Shown here one piece after another: positions 1 to 35,100 of a stretch of DNA of 64,000 nt. The notes below the pieces were generated by a model. The model saw nothing but the letters and a program-made list of their open reading frames with translations, did not search any database and was not told where the DNA came from. The position numbers and the translations under genes were made by a program. The stretch's first letter is position 1. Each line of letters opens with the position of its first letter. Source of the stretch: Eledone cirrhosa (lineage: Eukaryota); contig OZ024756.1 of the NCBI GenBank assembly GCA_964016885.1, positions 25,668,001-25,732,000 on the forward strand, given 5' to 3'.

Positions 1-391
1 CCTTTTGGTGTATGTGGTCTTAGATGTATGTATTACCCGCTTGTGTTTTGTTTTTCTTTTTTTCCTTTCTCTTTTTTAATTATTTGCAACGTTATTTATA
101 TACAAGATAAAGATTAAAACATATTTGAATTCAGTAGTTAAATATTTATATTTTATTATCACTAAACCTCTCATAATTCTTGATGATTTTGGTAATTCAA
201 ATGCAAAGCCTATATTTGTTAGAAATGTGGTCACAAAAAGGTTAAGTCTACCAACCCAAATAGACTATGATGATATTTGGGGTTAGAACAAATACTGATG
301 TCCTAACTATTTGTATACATACTTCAACAGCATTCTAATAAATATTGCCTGTACAGGTAATCAAAGTATGTATACATTTTTTCGGTTACCT

Positions 392-436
<45 letters not shown>

Positions 437-491
437 TAAATATATATAACGAATGAACACGATAAGAGGAACGAAGATCTAAAGTATATGC

Positions 492-551
<60 letters not shown>

Positions 552-1650
552 TAGCGAGTTATTCTTAAATAATACAAATACAGCTCCTGCATACAGTAGA
601 TTGATTAATTAGCCATTAATGGAGTGACACTCACTTCCATTTGTCAATGTAGTTTCGTATAAATTACTACATAACATCATCTTTATATTGTCGTATCTTC
701 GAAGCAAGTACTGTAGTCGTATAGGCAGCTTTCCACATCTGCAAAGAAGCTCGTTGTATCTTCATTGTTGTGTATGCTGTCAATGTAATTTCATATTAGT
801 TACTACATACATTTATATCTTCTTTAAAACAAGCACTGTGGTCGTATATACAGCTTTCCACCTCTCCATACGGCTCTTTGCATATTCATTGTTATGTATT
901 TTGCAAGATCTTTTGAGCTGTATGTATGGCTTGAATAGCACCAGTGACCAGTGAGTGTTCCATAGTCAGATTTGCTTGTCGTACATCTGATAGACATACA
1001 TTTAGAAACTTCATGTAACAACCACAACTGGGGGTTCTAATCACACCGGAGTGGGTTTTCCTTTTCTTTTATTTTGAGAGAAAGAGGCGAGAGAGACGAG
1101 CGAGAGTGGGTGAGAGAAAGAGAGAGGAAGAGAGATCCCTATAAAGTATATCTACTTGTTGCCCTGTTGTTTTTACGTAATCTGACTATTCTTATAAAGA
1201 TTGGATAAATTAACGGCCTAATTGATTGATTTATATCGCAAACTAAATTCTTTACGATCATAGCTAATGTGGGATCTTTGGGGTTTTACTTTCATTTTTA
1301 ATACATTTGAGTCAATATCTCCCGGCTGGTTGGCTGTCTTGTATTACATTATCAATGGCTAAACCACAGGCTGATAAATTCTCTACAATGAATTAAAGCT
1401 ACATAGAGATTAAAAAAAAAAAAAAAAGAAAAAAAAAGAGAGTTGTCGCTGACAGTCTTCAAACGACTGTCGAATCGGTTCCGTTATATAAATGTATATA
1501 TTAGTCGTTTCTTTTCTATCTTTCTAATAGTGAGTTAGAATTTTTCCAGAGATAATTTAACCGAACAGACTTGGCAAGCGTAATTTTTCTTTTTCTTTTT
1601 TAATATATAGGGTATATTTTCATAATACATTACTCGTGAACATTCGATTT

Positions 1651-1707
<57 letters not shown>

Positions 1708-2514
1708 GAGAGACTATTTTGAATGTGTTGCTTTTGCAGTAGGATCTGCCCGACGACTACAGAAATCAAGGGACGGATGATGATGATGATGATGATAATA
1801 TATATTGAAAGGTGGTCAAACAGGCACTGTCTTCTAGCACAGTTTTAACAGAAACAAACACGCAAAGTTCACAAACCAGAAGAAAAAAAAGGGTGGTGAG
1901 AAGGGAATTAAATAAATAATACACAAGTGGGAACATTTTCATCGTTTTTATCTTGTACGAAGCATCATCATCATAGTTACTTGGTACAATAAGAACTGAT
2001 AAAAAGACAACAAAACAAACGTTTAAGATAAATAAATCAAGGTATTGCTCACCTACGACAGCTAGTTGTCATATTAGAAAGCAGAGTAGTGATAAGATAA
2101 TAAATAAGATTGTCGAAAAAAGATCAAAGAACTCCGGCAAGTGAACAGCTAATAAAACAAATCAGATGTGAATGACCGACTTTAAGATCGTTGATAGTGT
2201 TTGTAGTGGAGAGTGACGACGACAAGGGGAAGTCACTCGCCCGCTTCTTAATTATCATTTGTGTGTATGAGTGTGCCTAACTGTGTATGTAGGTGGTTGT
2301 TTATTATGTACGTTGGTTATGCAATTTAGTAGACGTTTTTGTTTTTTTTAAACTGTTTATTGTGTAGGTAGGAAGGTAGTGTTATTTATAAACACACACT
2401 TGCCAAACAACCACTTCACAAATCACGCACATAAATATATACTAGTTTAGGTAAATTCCTAGAAGCCTTCTATATTAAAGTGAAAGTACAAATCTGATAA
2501 AAATGAAGTACACG

Positions 2515-2546
<32 letters not shown>

Positions 2547-2818
2547 ACTGTTAAATAAGACCAAAACGGTTATTTATATTACATTTTAATTTCTTCCCCA
2601 TATTTAGGCTTCTGAGTAGTTTACTGTAATAAATCTCATATTTTTAAGCTGTAATAATTTCTTCACCTATATCTGTTTTCTTATTTTCGAAAACGATCTT
2701 TTGTAAACTGTGTGCGTGCGTGTGCGTGTGTAAAAGGTAAACAGAAATTAAAAAAAATAAAAGACACAGTACATGGGAGAAATATATTAGTTTAACGCTA
2801 GAAATAGCAGGAAGAGTG

Positions 2819-2854
2819 TCTTAACGTTTCAGTCATTAGTCTTTCATCAGAAGA
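2819..2854 (-). ncRNA. Minimal hammerhead ribozyme, GAAACGTT family, weakened stem II
   Basis: Minus strand reads TCTT CTGATGA aagactaatgact GAAACGTT AAGA. Confidence 0.6.
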
Positions 2855-3313
2855 TAGAGTTAGAAAATAGAAGATAATCTCACTTTATGACACACACACA
2901 CACTCATTCCTACACACTTTATATTACTAGTTGCTCACCTGACTGTATTCTCTTTCTCTTTTGTATCTTCTTCAGTACAGTCACTGCTTTCTCCTTCCAT
3001 ATTCCTAAATGATAGAAAGTGGTTGAAGACAACAAAAAGTAGCATGCGATTTGGCCACACATACGCATACACATATATTATATATGCGCACACACACATA
3101 TTTGTTTTCATTGTTCAACCTTATATATCAGACTCTAATTTTAGAATTCTCAAGGACTTGTAATAAAATGCACTTTTCCACAAAAAGAAATGTTACTTTG
3201 CTTTGATGGGATATTCGTATCTACACACACACCATCATGTATGTGGTTTTTTTCTTTTTCTTATTCTAAAAAGCTAAGATATGTTGTCATTCTTCGTGTG
3301 TCTTCCTTTTAAC

Positions 3314-3382
<69 letters not shown>

Positions 3383-3849
3383 GAAGGGCATCCAGCTGTA
3401 AAATCAAGCCAAAATTAGTTCTGTATGAGCAAGAGATGGTCACCTGACCCGGCATGAGTTAGACAAGTTGTCCTGTTGTAAGAAATATCGGGTCAGGTGA
3501 CCATGCCTTGCTCTTATAGAACTGTTTTTGGCTAGGTTTCTACAGCTAGGTGCCCTTCCTAACGCCAATCACATTTACAGTGTGTACTGGGTGGCTTTTG
3601 TCGTGACACCTACACGACCACTTTACAGTGTGGGCTGGTGGGTGTTTTTTTATCGTGCCGCCAAGACGACCATTTTACAGTGTGAGCTGGGGAATATGAT
3701 GGAAGAAGTGTGTGGTGATGGAAGGGGTAGAGCACACTAGATGTATGCTTCAGTCTGTGCGCATGGAGGGTGTATGGAAGAGTGGGGTGGGGTGGAAGTG
3801 AAGGTGGTGTATACTATATGCTTCAGCCAGTGCTCATGGGAAGGCGAGT

Positions 3850-4600
3850 CTTCTGTATTACTGCATAACGCCAGAAATCTCGGTCCTGTGTCATCGCCTT
3901 TGATGACACAACCATACAACATTGTTGTTCGTATGTACGTACCATACAGTCTTCCTTTCATTTTGAGGGAAAAGCCTTTTGTAGCTAGCAGTGGTAGTAG
4001 CTCCCTGAATTTCTTCCATCCCGTTCTCACTATTTTCGGAATACCCACTTCCGCTGTTAATTTAGTCACCCAGGTAGCAGAAGCTGTCTACTGCTTCTAG
4101 CGAGCCTTCCCAGAATTTGATAGCACTTGATTCCTGTAACCATTTGCTGCTTACTGCTCTGGTGCAACGGCTACATGTAAAACCTATGTTCTTAGCTAGA
4201 CTACCTGAGATCCCACTACATCTCTTGTGTACCTATAGTTTGCATTTGGGACAAGGCCATTTCCCCGAGGGGATCAGAGCTCTGTTTTCCCTTAGTCTTT
4301 GTCAGGTTGACTTTCAGACCGTTTGTTCTAGGCCGTGCTTCTAGGTTTCGAATTTCTTCTCCAATTCTGTCATAGACTCAGCTATGAGTGTAAGATCATC
4401 CGCGTACAGGAGTTCCCATGGGCTGCCAGTTTTAAACCCCTCTCTTATAGCCTGCAGTACGATAATAAACAGAAGAGGGCCAAGAACAGATTACTAGTGG
4501 ACGTCAACCTGCACGCTAAATTCCTCGTTGTTAATCCTAATTTTGCTGACTGCTCCTCCATACATGGTTTGTCCAGCCTTCACAAGCCACTCATCTACAT
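3850..4600 (-). mobile_element. RTE-clade LINE reverse transcriptase remnant
   Basis: Minus-strand fragments include PWELLYADDL (RT YADD motif) and GWKKFRELLPLL...KMKGRLYGTYIRTTMLYG. Confidence 0.8.
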
Positions 4601-6334
4601 ACATATATATATATATGAGTCCCGGATTCAATCGGGGGTAACCACAGTCGGTAAGGTACTCAATAAATTAGTAGTGTAAACATCAAGTTTAATATAGAAA
4701 TCGCTTCCACATGACTAGAAATCACCAGGAAAGCTTTCCTGGTTATTTCTTTTGACTGAAAGTTCTAGTTCTGTAGAAGCCATTTCTATATTAAACTTTA
4801 TATATATATATATATATATACACCCACACACAGGGAGAGATACACACATTCATGTATATGTACAGAACTGTATCCATATGTGTATGTATATGCATGCTTT
4901 TGTCAATGATATTGAAAAGAAAATCATAAAAAATATATGAAAACATTTTAGCTAAAAAAAGGACAACGGAATTATTTTAACACAGGCACAAAGACTCACA
5001 CATACACACAAACGCATTCATACATACATGTGTGTGTGTACGAAGATGTGTTTGAAACACGAAACAGTTGGCTTATTTTACGTCTAAAATAAAAGAAATA
5101 TACATAAATAAACATGTATATATATATACTCTACTTTTTAAAGTGTATTATGTACTTCATCGAACAATAATCTCCTTTAGATTTCTTTACTTCAACAAAT
5201 GGGCTGCCTGCGGTGAGCGTTCTTCTATACTAACAGTGATTTGCATATGTAAGGCGGTGAATTGGTAGAGTTGTTAGAACGTCGGATAAAATGCTTTGTG
5301 GCATATGTTCCGGCTCTCTCTGTACACACCGAGTTCAAATCCTGCCCAGGTTAAATTTGTTCTTCATTCGAGGTCAATAAAAAAAGGACCAGTTCAGTAC
5401 TGATTGGAGGGTCGATTTTTCATTTATTTATTTTTTCACACTCCCCTTTTCTCTTCATAAGAAATCAGCTGTACTCAGACCTGGCGAGGGAGATGGGCTG
5501 TATGTCAAAATGGTGCCCCTACGACTTCATCTGGGCCCATGACATGGCATAACATATATAAAAGAAGTATATTTACTTCGGTAGGAAATATATATCTCTT
5601 ACGATAATATATATGCATTTATTGATATATTTTACGTTCGGAAAAAGAAGCAATAACAAGGTTGCTCCCCCAAACTACAAGAAAGATATTTTCTTACTTT
5701 CAATTTAATTTGAAAATAAACAGGTTGAATCAGGGGAACCAACTCGTTATTGTTGAAAAAGCTTGGATTAGCCGAGGCTATACGAGATATCTCCCTTGTT
5801 TGCTCTCCATAAACTGAACACCGTGAGAGGGAGTTTATGTCATGAAATTGCCAAGATAGCCATGGTTGATTTAAGTATTCCCTTCGTATTGAGACTACAT
5901 ATTTGTATATTTACCCTTTATGCAAGAAAAGAAAACAGATTATAAAATATATTTACAAAGGTTTTATTTCTACATGATAGGGTTAAGGAGGTGGCTGATA
6001 TGGTAAGGTGGGAGTGGTTGTGGCTGAGATGGCAGGGAGATAAACTGGAAGATTTTGTTTGCTGTTCAACTGTTGCACTTTACCTTTTAAGGTCTTCAAA
6101 ATCAATAAAATTGGATACCAGTAATATACTGTAGTTGAAGTATAGAAAATAGCACTGCAGTTGTGGTGGTACAGTGATATTTCTGAAAGTCTGAATTGAA
6201 ACCATCTCAACTAAGTTATATACTAAGTTAAATACTACAAGAAAAAAAAAAAAAAAAAGAATGGGATGAACATCACAAAATTACCAACTGCCTAATAAAT
6301 CTGTGTCTCTCCAGTTCAGTAGGAAGCTGTGATG

Positions 6335-27470
<21,136 letters not shown>

Positions 27471-28087
27471 GTTGCACTCTTCTGCTTGATGTAAATATTG
27501 ATTTAAAAAGAGACAAAAAATGTTAAAGACAAATAAAATGAAACATGAAAAACTAAATTTCTGAGATTTATGAATGAAACTATACTGAATTTATTTGTGA
27601 TGTGTTTAATGTACTTGTGTTTATCTGATGTAGAGGTGTGTCATGTGTATGTCTGATGTAGAGGTGTGTCATGTGTATGTCTGATATAGAGGTGTGACCT
27701 CTATGTGTCTGATATAGAGATGTGTGTCTGATGTAGAGGAACCATCACACCCTCATCATCATAATCATAATGAACACTGTTACTTGCACACCTATAATCT
27801 CTGCTCACACTGTATCAGGCACATCAATCTTTCTCCACCTACACTTTAAACAGTGACCACATCACTCAGCAATCCACAATTCACTGTACATGCACAACAG
27901 CCGAATCAACACCACCACACCACCAGACATGCTATATATGTACGTATATATATATATATATATCCCCCCCCCCCCCCCCGCCAAATGTATACACATATTG
28001 ATGAGAATGCTATTGAAATGTGTATACATTTTGTGCGACACCCTGTGTGTGTATTCTAGAAAATCATCAGTCCAATTTTGTACGAAC

Positions 28088-28590
28088 CTGTATAATCAAC
28101 TGACTACATTAATGATTTTAACCTCGCCCTTCAGATTATCTACTGAACTCTGTAAATAGCGACTAAAGGGTTACATTTACATTTTTAAACACGTCGACAA
28201 ACACATGCGAACTCCTCGTAATTGAAACAATTGGGTGTGTTAGTTTGTGTATGTTTCGTATGCATATATATGTGACATGAGCAATATATGTAGTATTTAC
28301 TTAAACATTAATCTCCGTGGATGTAGGAAGGTGTTTTTTTTTTTAGTTAACAACGGGAAACTAGTGTTAGCTAAACGTCCTTTGACAAAAACAAACCAAA
28401 ACAATTTCTATATAACAATAAAGACATCGCAGTTAATTAAGCTAGGAATATATTTAAAATTCTGGACGAAATAATTACCATTAAGACGTCTAAAATGCTT
28501 GAATTGGCGACAGAATATTTACTAAGAAACTCTTGCCGGCTAAAGATAAATTGACTAAGCACTGTGACATCTGAGGGTCACAACACGAAC
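28088..28590. promoter_or_regulatory. Probable bidirectional promoter and non-coding first exons of LARS2 (-) and OSGEP (+)
   Basis: Both start-codon exons are preceded by splice acceptors (about 27481 and 30786). Candidate donors are CAG|GTTCGT on the minus strand at 28088 and AAC|GTAGGT on the plus strand at 28590, flanking a repeat-free segment. Confidence 0.5.
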
Positions 28591-29943
28591 GTAGGTTAAT
28601 TATTCCACTTGATTGTGTTAGATCCAACACTTTGTTCATTATAGATTTAAAAAGAAACAAATAAGAAATAATTGCTTTTTTAATTATCGTTACGAATGTA
28701 ATTTTTAGTTACAAATTCACCTTTTCGCTCTTATATTACCGAAAATTAAATAATCTGTAATTAAAGCTGGGGATAAATCTAGGTCGTCACCGCCTGTAAC
28801 AAAGTTACACTGTGAACGGATTGGTAGAAAGTTAGTATCGGAACAAAAACCATGTGGTATTTGTTCCAGTTCTATACGTCCTGAGTTCGAATCCCACCGA
28901 TGTCGACTTTGCCTTTCATCCTTCCACTGATAAAATAAAATACCAGTCAAGTACTAGGATTAATATAAACGATCCCCTCACAATCGCTGAGATTGCATTA
29001 GAGAAGAATAGATATTCAATAATAGTGTGTATATTATGTTTATAACAGTAGTTGAAATTGTTATACAGTGATAATAACAATCAAAAGAGATAAATGTTTA
29101 TACTTAGATACCCAAGAGTGTGTATATTATATTTTTAATAATTTTGAACTTAGCTCACAGGTCTACAATATTATATTTGTGCCCACCTTACCCTACAAGG
29201 TACGGCTGGATTAGTAATTAAAAGTCAATAAGTTTTAGTTGAATTTCAACTTATGGGGACCAAGAAGAAAAAACAAAATAGACATTTCGATTAATCTGTG
29301 TACAGAGCTTATAATTATTTTTCTTTCTTGATGCGATTTAATGAAAGCTGGTTAAGAAAATTGACATGAATGATTTAGAGTTATTTCCCGTCAATGCCAA
29401 CTCTCTAATCTCATGGTGCGAGTAAATATCTTTTAATTAAGGAAGTTTCTCAGGTAATTTCTTAGACTGTTTTTATTTCAATATTAATTTTACTGTCAGA
29501 GCGATCGATTAGTTGAGATGATTGCTTGAAGGACGGCTGACTAAATGTTTTATTTTATTTAGATTCATCCTTTGTTTTTTCTAAGTTCAAACGCACCAGT
29601 TATATATGTATATATATAGTAATAATAATTGCGAAGACCAAAACCCGAAGAAGGCTCGATAACGATTGTATATAAAAGTGTATATAAACCCGCTGAGCAA
29701 ATATTTGTTACTATTACAGATTAAAGTTTACATACATACAGTGGTTGGGAAAATTAGAAATATGTTTTTCTCAACGGAAATGACCATATTAATAATGGAT
29801 CGCTATAAATAATAGTTGAGAAAATCAAGTAAAGTTTGCGTTGGGACATACATTATATGTATGTGTATATATATATATATATATAATTAGTTACAACAGT
29901 GACATATACAGGTACTTAAGTTACGTTGGGTTATGCCCCAACT

Positions 29944-29991
29944 CAGGCTGAATGAGTCGGGGAGCATAAGCCAACGAAACTTAAATACCTG
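29944..29991 (+). ncRNA. Hammerhead ribozyme variant inside a fold-back element
   Basis: Reads CAGG CTGAATGA gtcgg...ccaac GAAAC TTAAA TA CCTG, with a 1-nt insertion in the core. The inverted arm preserves the palindrome ACTTAAGT. Confidence 0.6.
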
Positions 29992-30519
29992 TATATGTCA
30001 CTGTTGTAACTAATTATACTTAACTCGTCCTATGGACTGAGTGCTCTTACCTTTGGATATCACTACCAAACTTTTACTACAGTATATATACTACCATCAT
30101 CATCGTTTAACGTCTATTTTCCACGCTAGCATGGGTTAGACGGGTTTGTCCCATTAGAGGCAAGTTGGGTCAGGTGACCGCGTCTTGCTCATATAGGACT
30201 GTTTCTGGCTAGATGTCGACAGCTGGATGCCCTTCCTAACGCCAACCACATTTACAGTGTGTGCTGGGTGCTTTTTGCAGTGTCTTTTACACGTTCACTT
30301 TACAGTGTGGGCTCGGTGCCTTTTGGGCTGGTTTTTTACGACTGGATGCGCTTCCTAACGCCAACCACATTTACAGTGTGTGCTGGGTGCTTTTAGTCGT
30401 GACATCTACACGACCACTTTACAGTATGGGCTGGATGTTTTAAGTGGGCTATATATATATATATATATAATATTAATTCAAAATATTAATAAATATAGAC
30501 ATTCATGTAATCAAATATA

Positions 30520-30581
30520 TTTTATTATATATATTTCGGAGGTACTGTGCTGTTTCCTCAGTACGTCCTCATCAGATAAAA
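30520..30581 (-). ncRNA. Type I hammerhead ribozyme, intact core
   Basis: Minus strand reads UUUUAU CUGAUGA ggac-guacug-aggaaacagca-caguac-cucc GAAA UAUAUA UA AUAAAA. Confidence 0.85.
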
Positions 30582-30803
30582 TATATAAATTGATGTATGA
30601 CATACCTCAACTGTGCTGATGGTTCAATTCCAGTCTTGGCAGTGATTGATTATAACAAAACTCAATATTTATATATTTATATATATGTGTGTGTGTGTGT
30701 TATACATTCTGAGACTCAGAAACCTTTCCTCTTCACCTGATATCTTTATATATGTGTGTTTTATTATGTATTTATCTAATTTTAGCTTCCGTCCATATTA
30801 AAG

Positions 30804-32010
30804 ATGGTTATCGCTATTGGATTTGAAGGAAGTGCTAACAAACTTGGTATTGGCATTATGAAAAATGGCAAAGTTTTAAGCAACCCCCGTCATACTTACG
30901 TCACACCACCTGGTCAAGGTAAGTTATTTTACATAGAGCTACCCATTCCAACATGACCAGCAGAACTTGCTGACCCTTCCTCATCTTCCTTTGCACTCAC
31001 CATCCCTTACTGTCTCTGCACCCCTATCTATGTTCTCCAACTTCTATCCAGGGATGGTGCTAACATTAAGGCCAACAAGACAACCAGCTGCCACCTAGGG
31101 GTTCAGACCTCAGACAGGTGTTTTACTGAACCTTAAAAGATCAAAGTTTTATACAAATTTTCTACTTAAAAATTAATTTCACGCAATCAATAAATAAATT
31201 GTTAAATATCCTTGTCACGTTGCAGTGCTGTGGAACTACCCATAGTGGTTGAGAGGGTCATATTGTGTTATGACATGTTACATGGTTTAGTGTGGGTGAG
31301 TAATGACTGTGTACTGGAAAATGCAAGTTCAGTTATTTTCCTAATGTCAAAACCACGTTCGTCAGCCTACCAAACTGCACATTGAAATTATTTTACTTCA
31401 GAGAATGGGGTGCATAACTGGTAGAGTGGGGCTGCCCATTGTATAGGTAGTGTTAAATACTCTGGTACCAGCTCTGCATGTGTCCTGTGTCTTCTCACTA
31501 AATCCTTGTTTTGAAAGAGGAATTGATGTGGTTGATGGTGTCAGCTCCAATTAATTGATGTGGTTGATGCTAGGAAATCAGGGGAAGTATTTTGTCCATC
31601 ACTCTAACAGCTCCACCAATCCACAGCCTATGTTAATAATATAATATTTCTATGTAGGTTTTTTACCTCGAGATACTGCCAAACATCACCAAGCATATAT
31701 ACTGAAGGTTCTTGATCAGGCTTTAGAAGAAGCACAGATTCAACCAAAAGATATTGATGTAGTTTGTTATACAAAAGGTAAGTACATCTATGTATTAAAA
31801 ATTGCCAAGGTATCTTCCTAATCTCCTCACTTTTTTACTTTACTTCATCTTGTTCTTTTTTTTTTCATTTTCTTCTACTTTCTTATTACTATTACCTTGG
31901 TATTTTTATCAACCATGCATTGTTGGGCTTCCAAATAATTAAAATTATTTCTTATTTGTATTTGTATCTCATATTCCACAATGCTTCAAGCAAACTACCA
32001 CTTCTTATTG

Positions 32011-32108
<98 letters not shown>

Positions 32109-35100
32109 CATACTTATATATGTGTGTGTGTTGTTCTGTATTTTCAGGGCCTGGTATGGGTGGTCCTTTGGTGTCAACTGCAATTGTGGCCCGGACAGTG
32201 GCACAGCTCTGGAAGATACCTGTTGTTGCAGTTAATCATTGCATTGGTCATATCCTTTCACTTCAGCTCTTAGCAACATATTTCATCTTCATGTGTCTAG
32301 GCAGTGTGTGTGTGTGTGGAGGTTACATATGTATGTGTGTATGTGAGAGTTAGGCAGTGTATGTGTGCGTGTGAGTATGTATATGTGTGTGTGTGAGTTT
32401 GTGATTTCTTTACTCTTGATCCGTAGACATTGAAATGTTTCCTTTAACACCTGATCCCTACACATTGAAATGGGTCGACTGGTGACTGGAGCTGGAAACC
32501 CTACAGTACTCTACGTCAGTGGGGGAAACACACAGGTAACTTATAATCTCTCTCTCAACTTTATTAATTCCCTTCTCACTCTCCTGTTCATTTTCTCTCC
32601 ATCCCTTTCTTTCCTCCTCTCAACTCTTCTTCCTCTCCTATTTCCCTCCCTCTCTCTTCTCATTCTTTTTTTATCTCCTTCGACCATCCTACTCATTCCT
32701 CTATACTCAACATTCCTCTGTCTATCTCACCAATGGCAGGTCATCTCCTACTCTCAGCAGAAGTACCGTATATTTGGTGAGACAATCGACATTGCTGTTG
32801 GAAACTGTCTTGACAGATTTGCCAGGGTTTTAAAGGTAATTCAGTCTACAAGTTTTTAAATCTATTTTAACCCTTTTGATACCAACCCAGCCAATATTGG
32901 CTCTGGTTCTATAAAACAAAACCACTCATTTTATGTATATTTCTACTGCATTCTAGGGTGTGTTAACATGTTTCTGTATGTACATGTGTATATGCATGCT
33001 TGTGCAATTTTACAACTCTGATATACACTATTGTCATCATCATCATCATCATTTTATGTCTGCTTTTCCTTGCTTGCAAGGTTGGGATGGGTCCTATTCA
33101 GCACAGCATCTCTCCATTCGTCACAGTCCTTCATATGTGTGTATATACGAAGTGTGTCAGAAAAGTAACAGGACTTAGTATGCTGTGTGAGCTATGAATT
33201 CGGTTAGGGACTAGTGGGTTGCGTCACCGTGTGACGTAATATCCAGGGAGTATATAACTGCAATCCCAGCTTTCCGCAGCCATTTGTTTTTACATGTGCT
33301 TTTGTTAACAGCTCCTCAATTTTTGGCTGTCAAGCGAGCAACAAACCAGCCTGAAGTTTCTGGTCTGGCTGGGGAAAACTCCATCAGAAGCATTCAGAAT
33401 ACTATAGCAAGTGTGCGGAGATGAGACGATGTCATGCTCATGGGTTTTTGAATGGCACAAAAGGTTCAAAGAGGGATGCAAGGACATGGAAGATGACTGC
33501 AGGAGTGGAATGCCTTCAACGAGCAGGACTGAGGCCAACGTTGAGTGTGTGAGGCAGGTGGTGTGTGGCGATCATTGGCTGACTATTTGACTGATCAAAA
33601 GTGAGCTGGGCATGAACCACAACATTTAGAAGATTATCACCAAAGGTCTGAGCATGCAGAAGATCTTCGCGAAGATGGTGCCGAAACTACTGAATGATGA
33701 TCAGAAGGAGCAGTGCATACAGGACATCTTTGAGCATCTTGAAACTGAACCAGACTTGCTGGGGAGAGTCATCACCAGTGATCAGTCGTGGATCTTCAAA
33801 TACGACCTGTTTTCCGGACGTGATAGCCATCAAGGGGACTGTGATGACGGAGCTGCAGAGAAACCCAGAGAGAATCCTTCCAGGAGTTCATGGAACTGTG
33901 GCAGAGAGGGATGGGAAACTGCATTAGACTCAAGGGGGATTATTTCAAAGTGGAAAACTTGTAGTTTGGATTCAAAATAGTTTTTGATTGCGACCCCAGG
34001 TCTATTTCTTTTCTGACACACTTTGTATGTATATGTGTGTGTGTATATATATGTTTATGTATGTATATGTGTGTATGTGTTAACATGTAGGTTCACCAAT
34101 ATATTTCTCCCTATATTACAGTTATCAAATGACCCCAGTCCTGGTTACAACATTGAACAATTGGCCAAGAAGTAAGTACTGATGTCATTTTGTGACACCC
34201 ACATCTGATCACACCACACTTATACTGTAAAGTTGTCATGTTGGTATCACAACAAAAAGTATCCAGCTCAGTCTAGGTATCATGGTCACCTGACCCGACT
34301 TTCCTCAAACTGAACAGCCCATCTAATCCACACTAGCATGGAAAATGGACATTAAATAATGATGATGATATATGTATATATATATCATCATCATCATCGT
34401 TTAACGTCCATCTTCCACGCTTGCATGGGTTTGGACGGGAATTTTCCCACTTGAGGCAAGATTGGTTGTCTTGCTCGTATAGGACTGTCTGGCGGGTTTT
34501 CTACGGCTGGATGCCCTTCCTAACACCAACCACGTTGATATATATATATATTCTCTGTAAAGTTATGTTGGTACCACGGAACGTCCAATTCACATTGTAA
34601 AGTGGTCATGTAGGTGTCACGACAAAAAGCACCCAGTCCACACTGTAAAGTGGTTGTGTAAGAGACACGTAAAAAAGCTCCCAGGCCACACTGTAAATGT
34701 GGTTGGCGTTAGGAAGGGCATCCAGCCGTAGAAAACCAACCAGAAACAGTTCTATATGAGTGAGACACGGTCACCCAACCAATCTTGCCTCAAGTGGGAC
34801 AAACCCATCTAACCCATGCTAGCGTGGAAGATGGACGTTAAACAATGATGATAATGATGATATATATATTTATATATGAATGAATGAATATTATATTTGC
34901 AGAGGTAAGAAGCTGGCTGAGCTACCTTATACAGTGAAAGGCATGGATGTATCATTTTCTGGTTTACTGTCATATATTGAGGTGAGTGAGAATTTATTGT
35001 TATCACCCACCACCACTACAACACATCACCACTATCACAACACTCCACTTCCACCACCCCTACAACACCACCACCACCACTATTACAACAGTGTACTACC

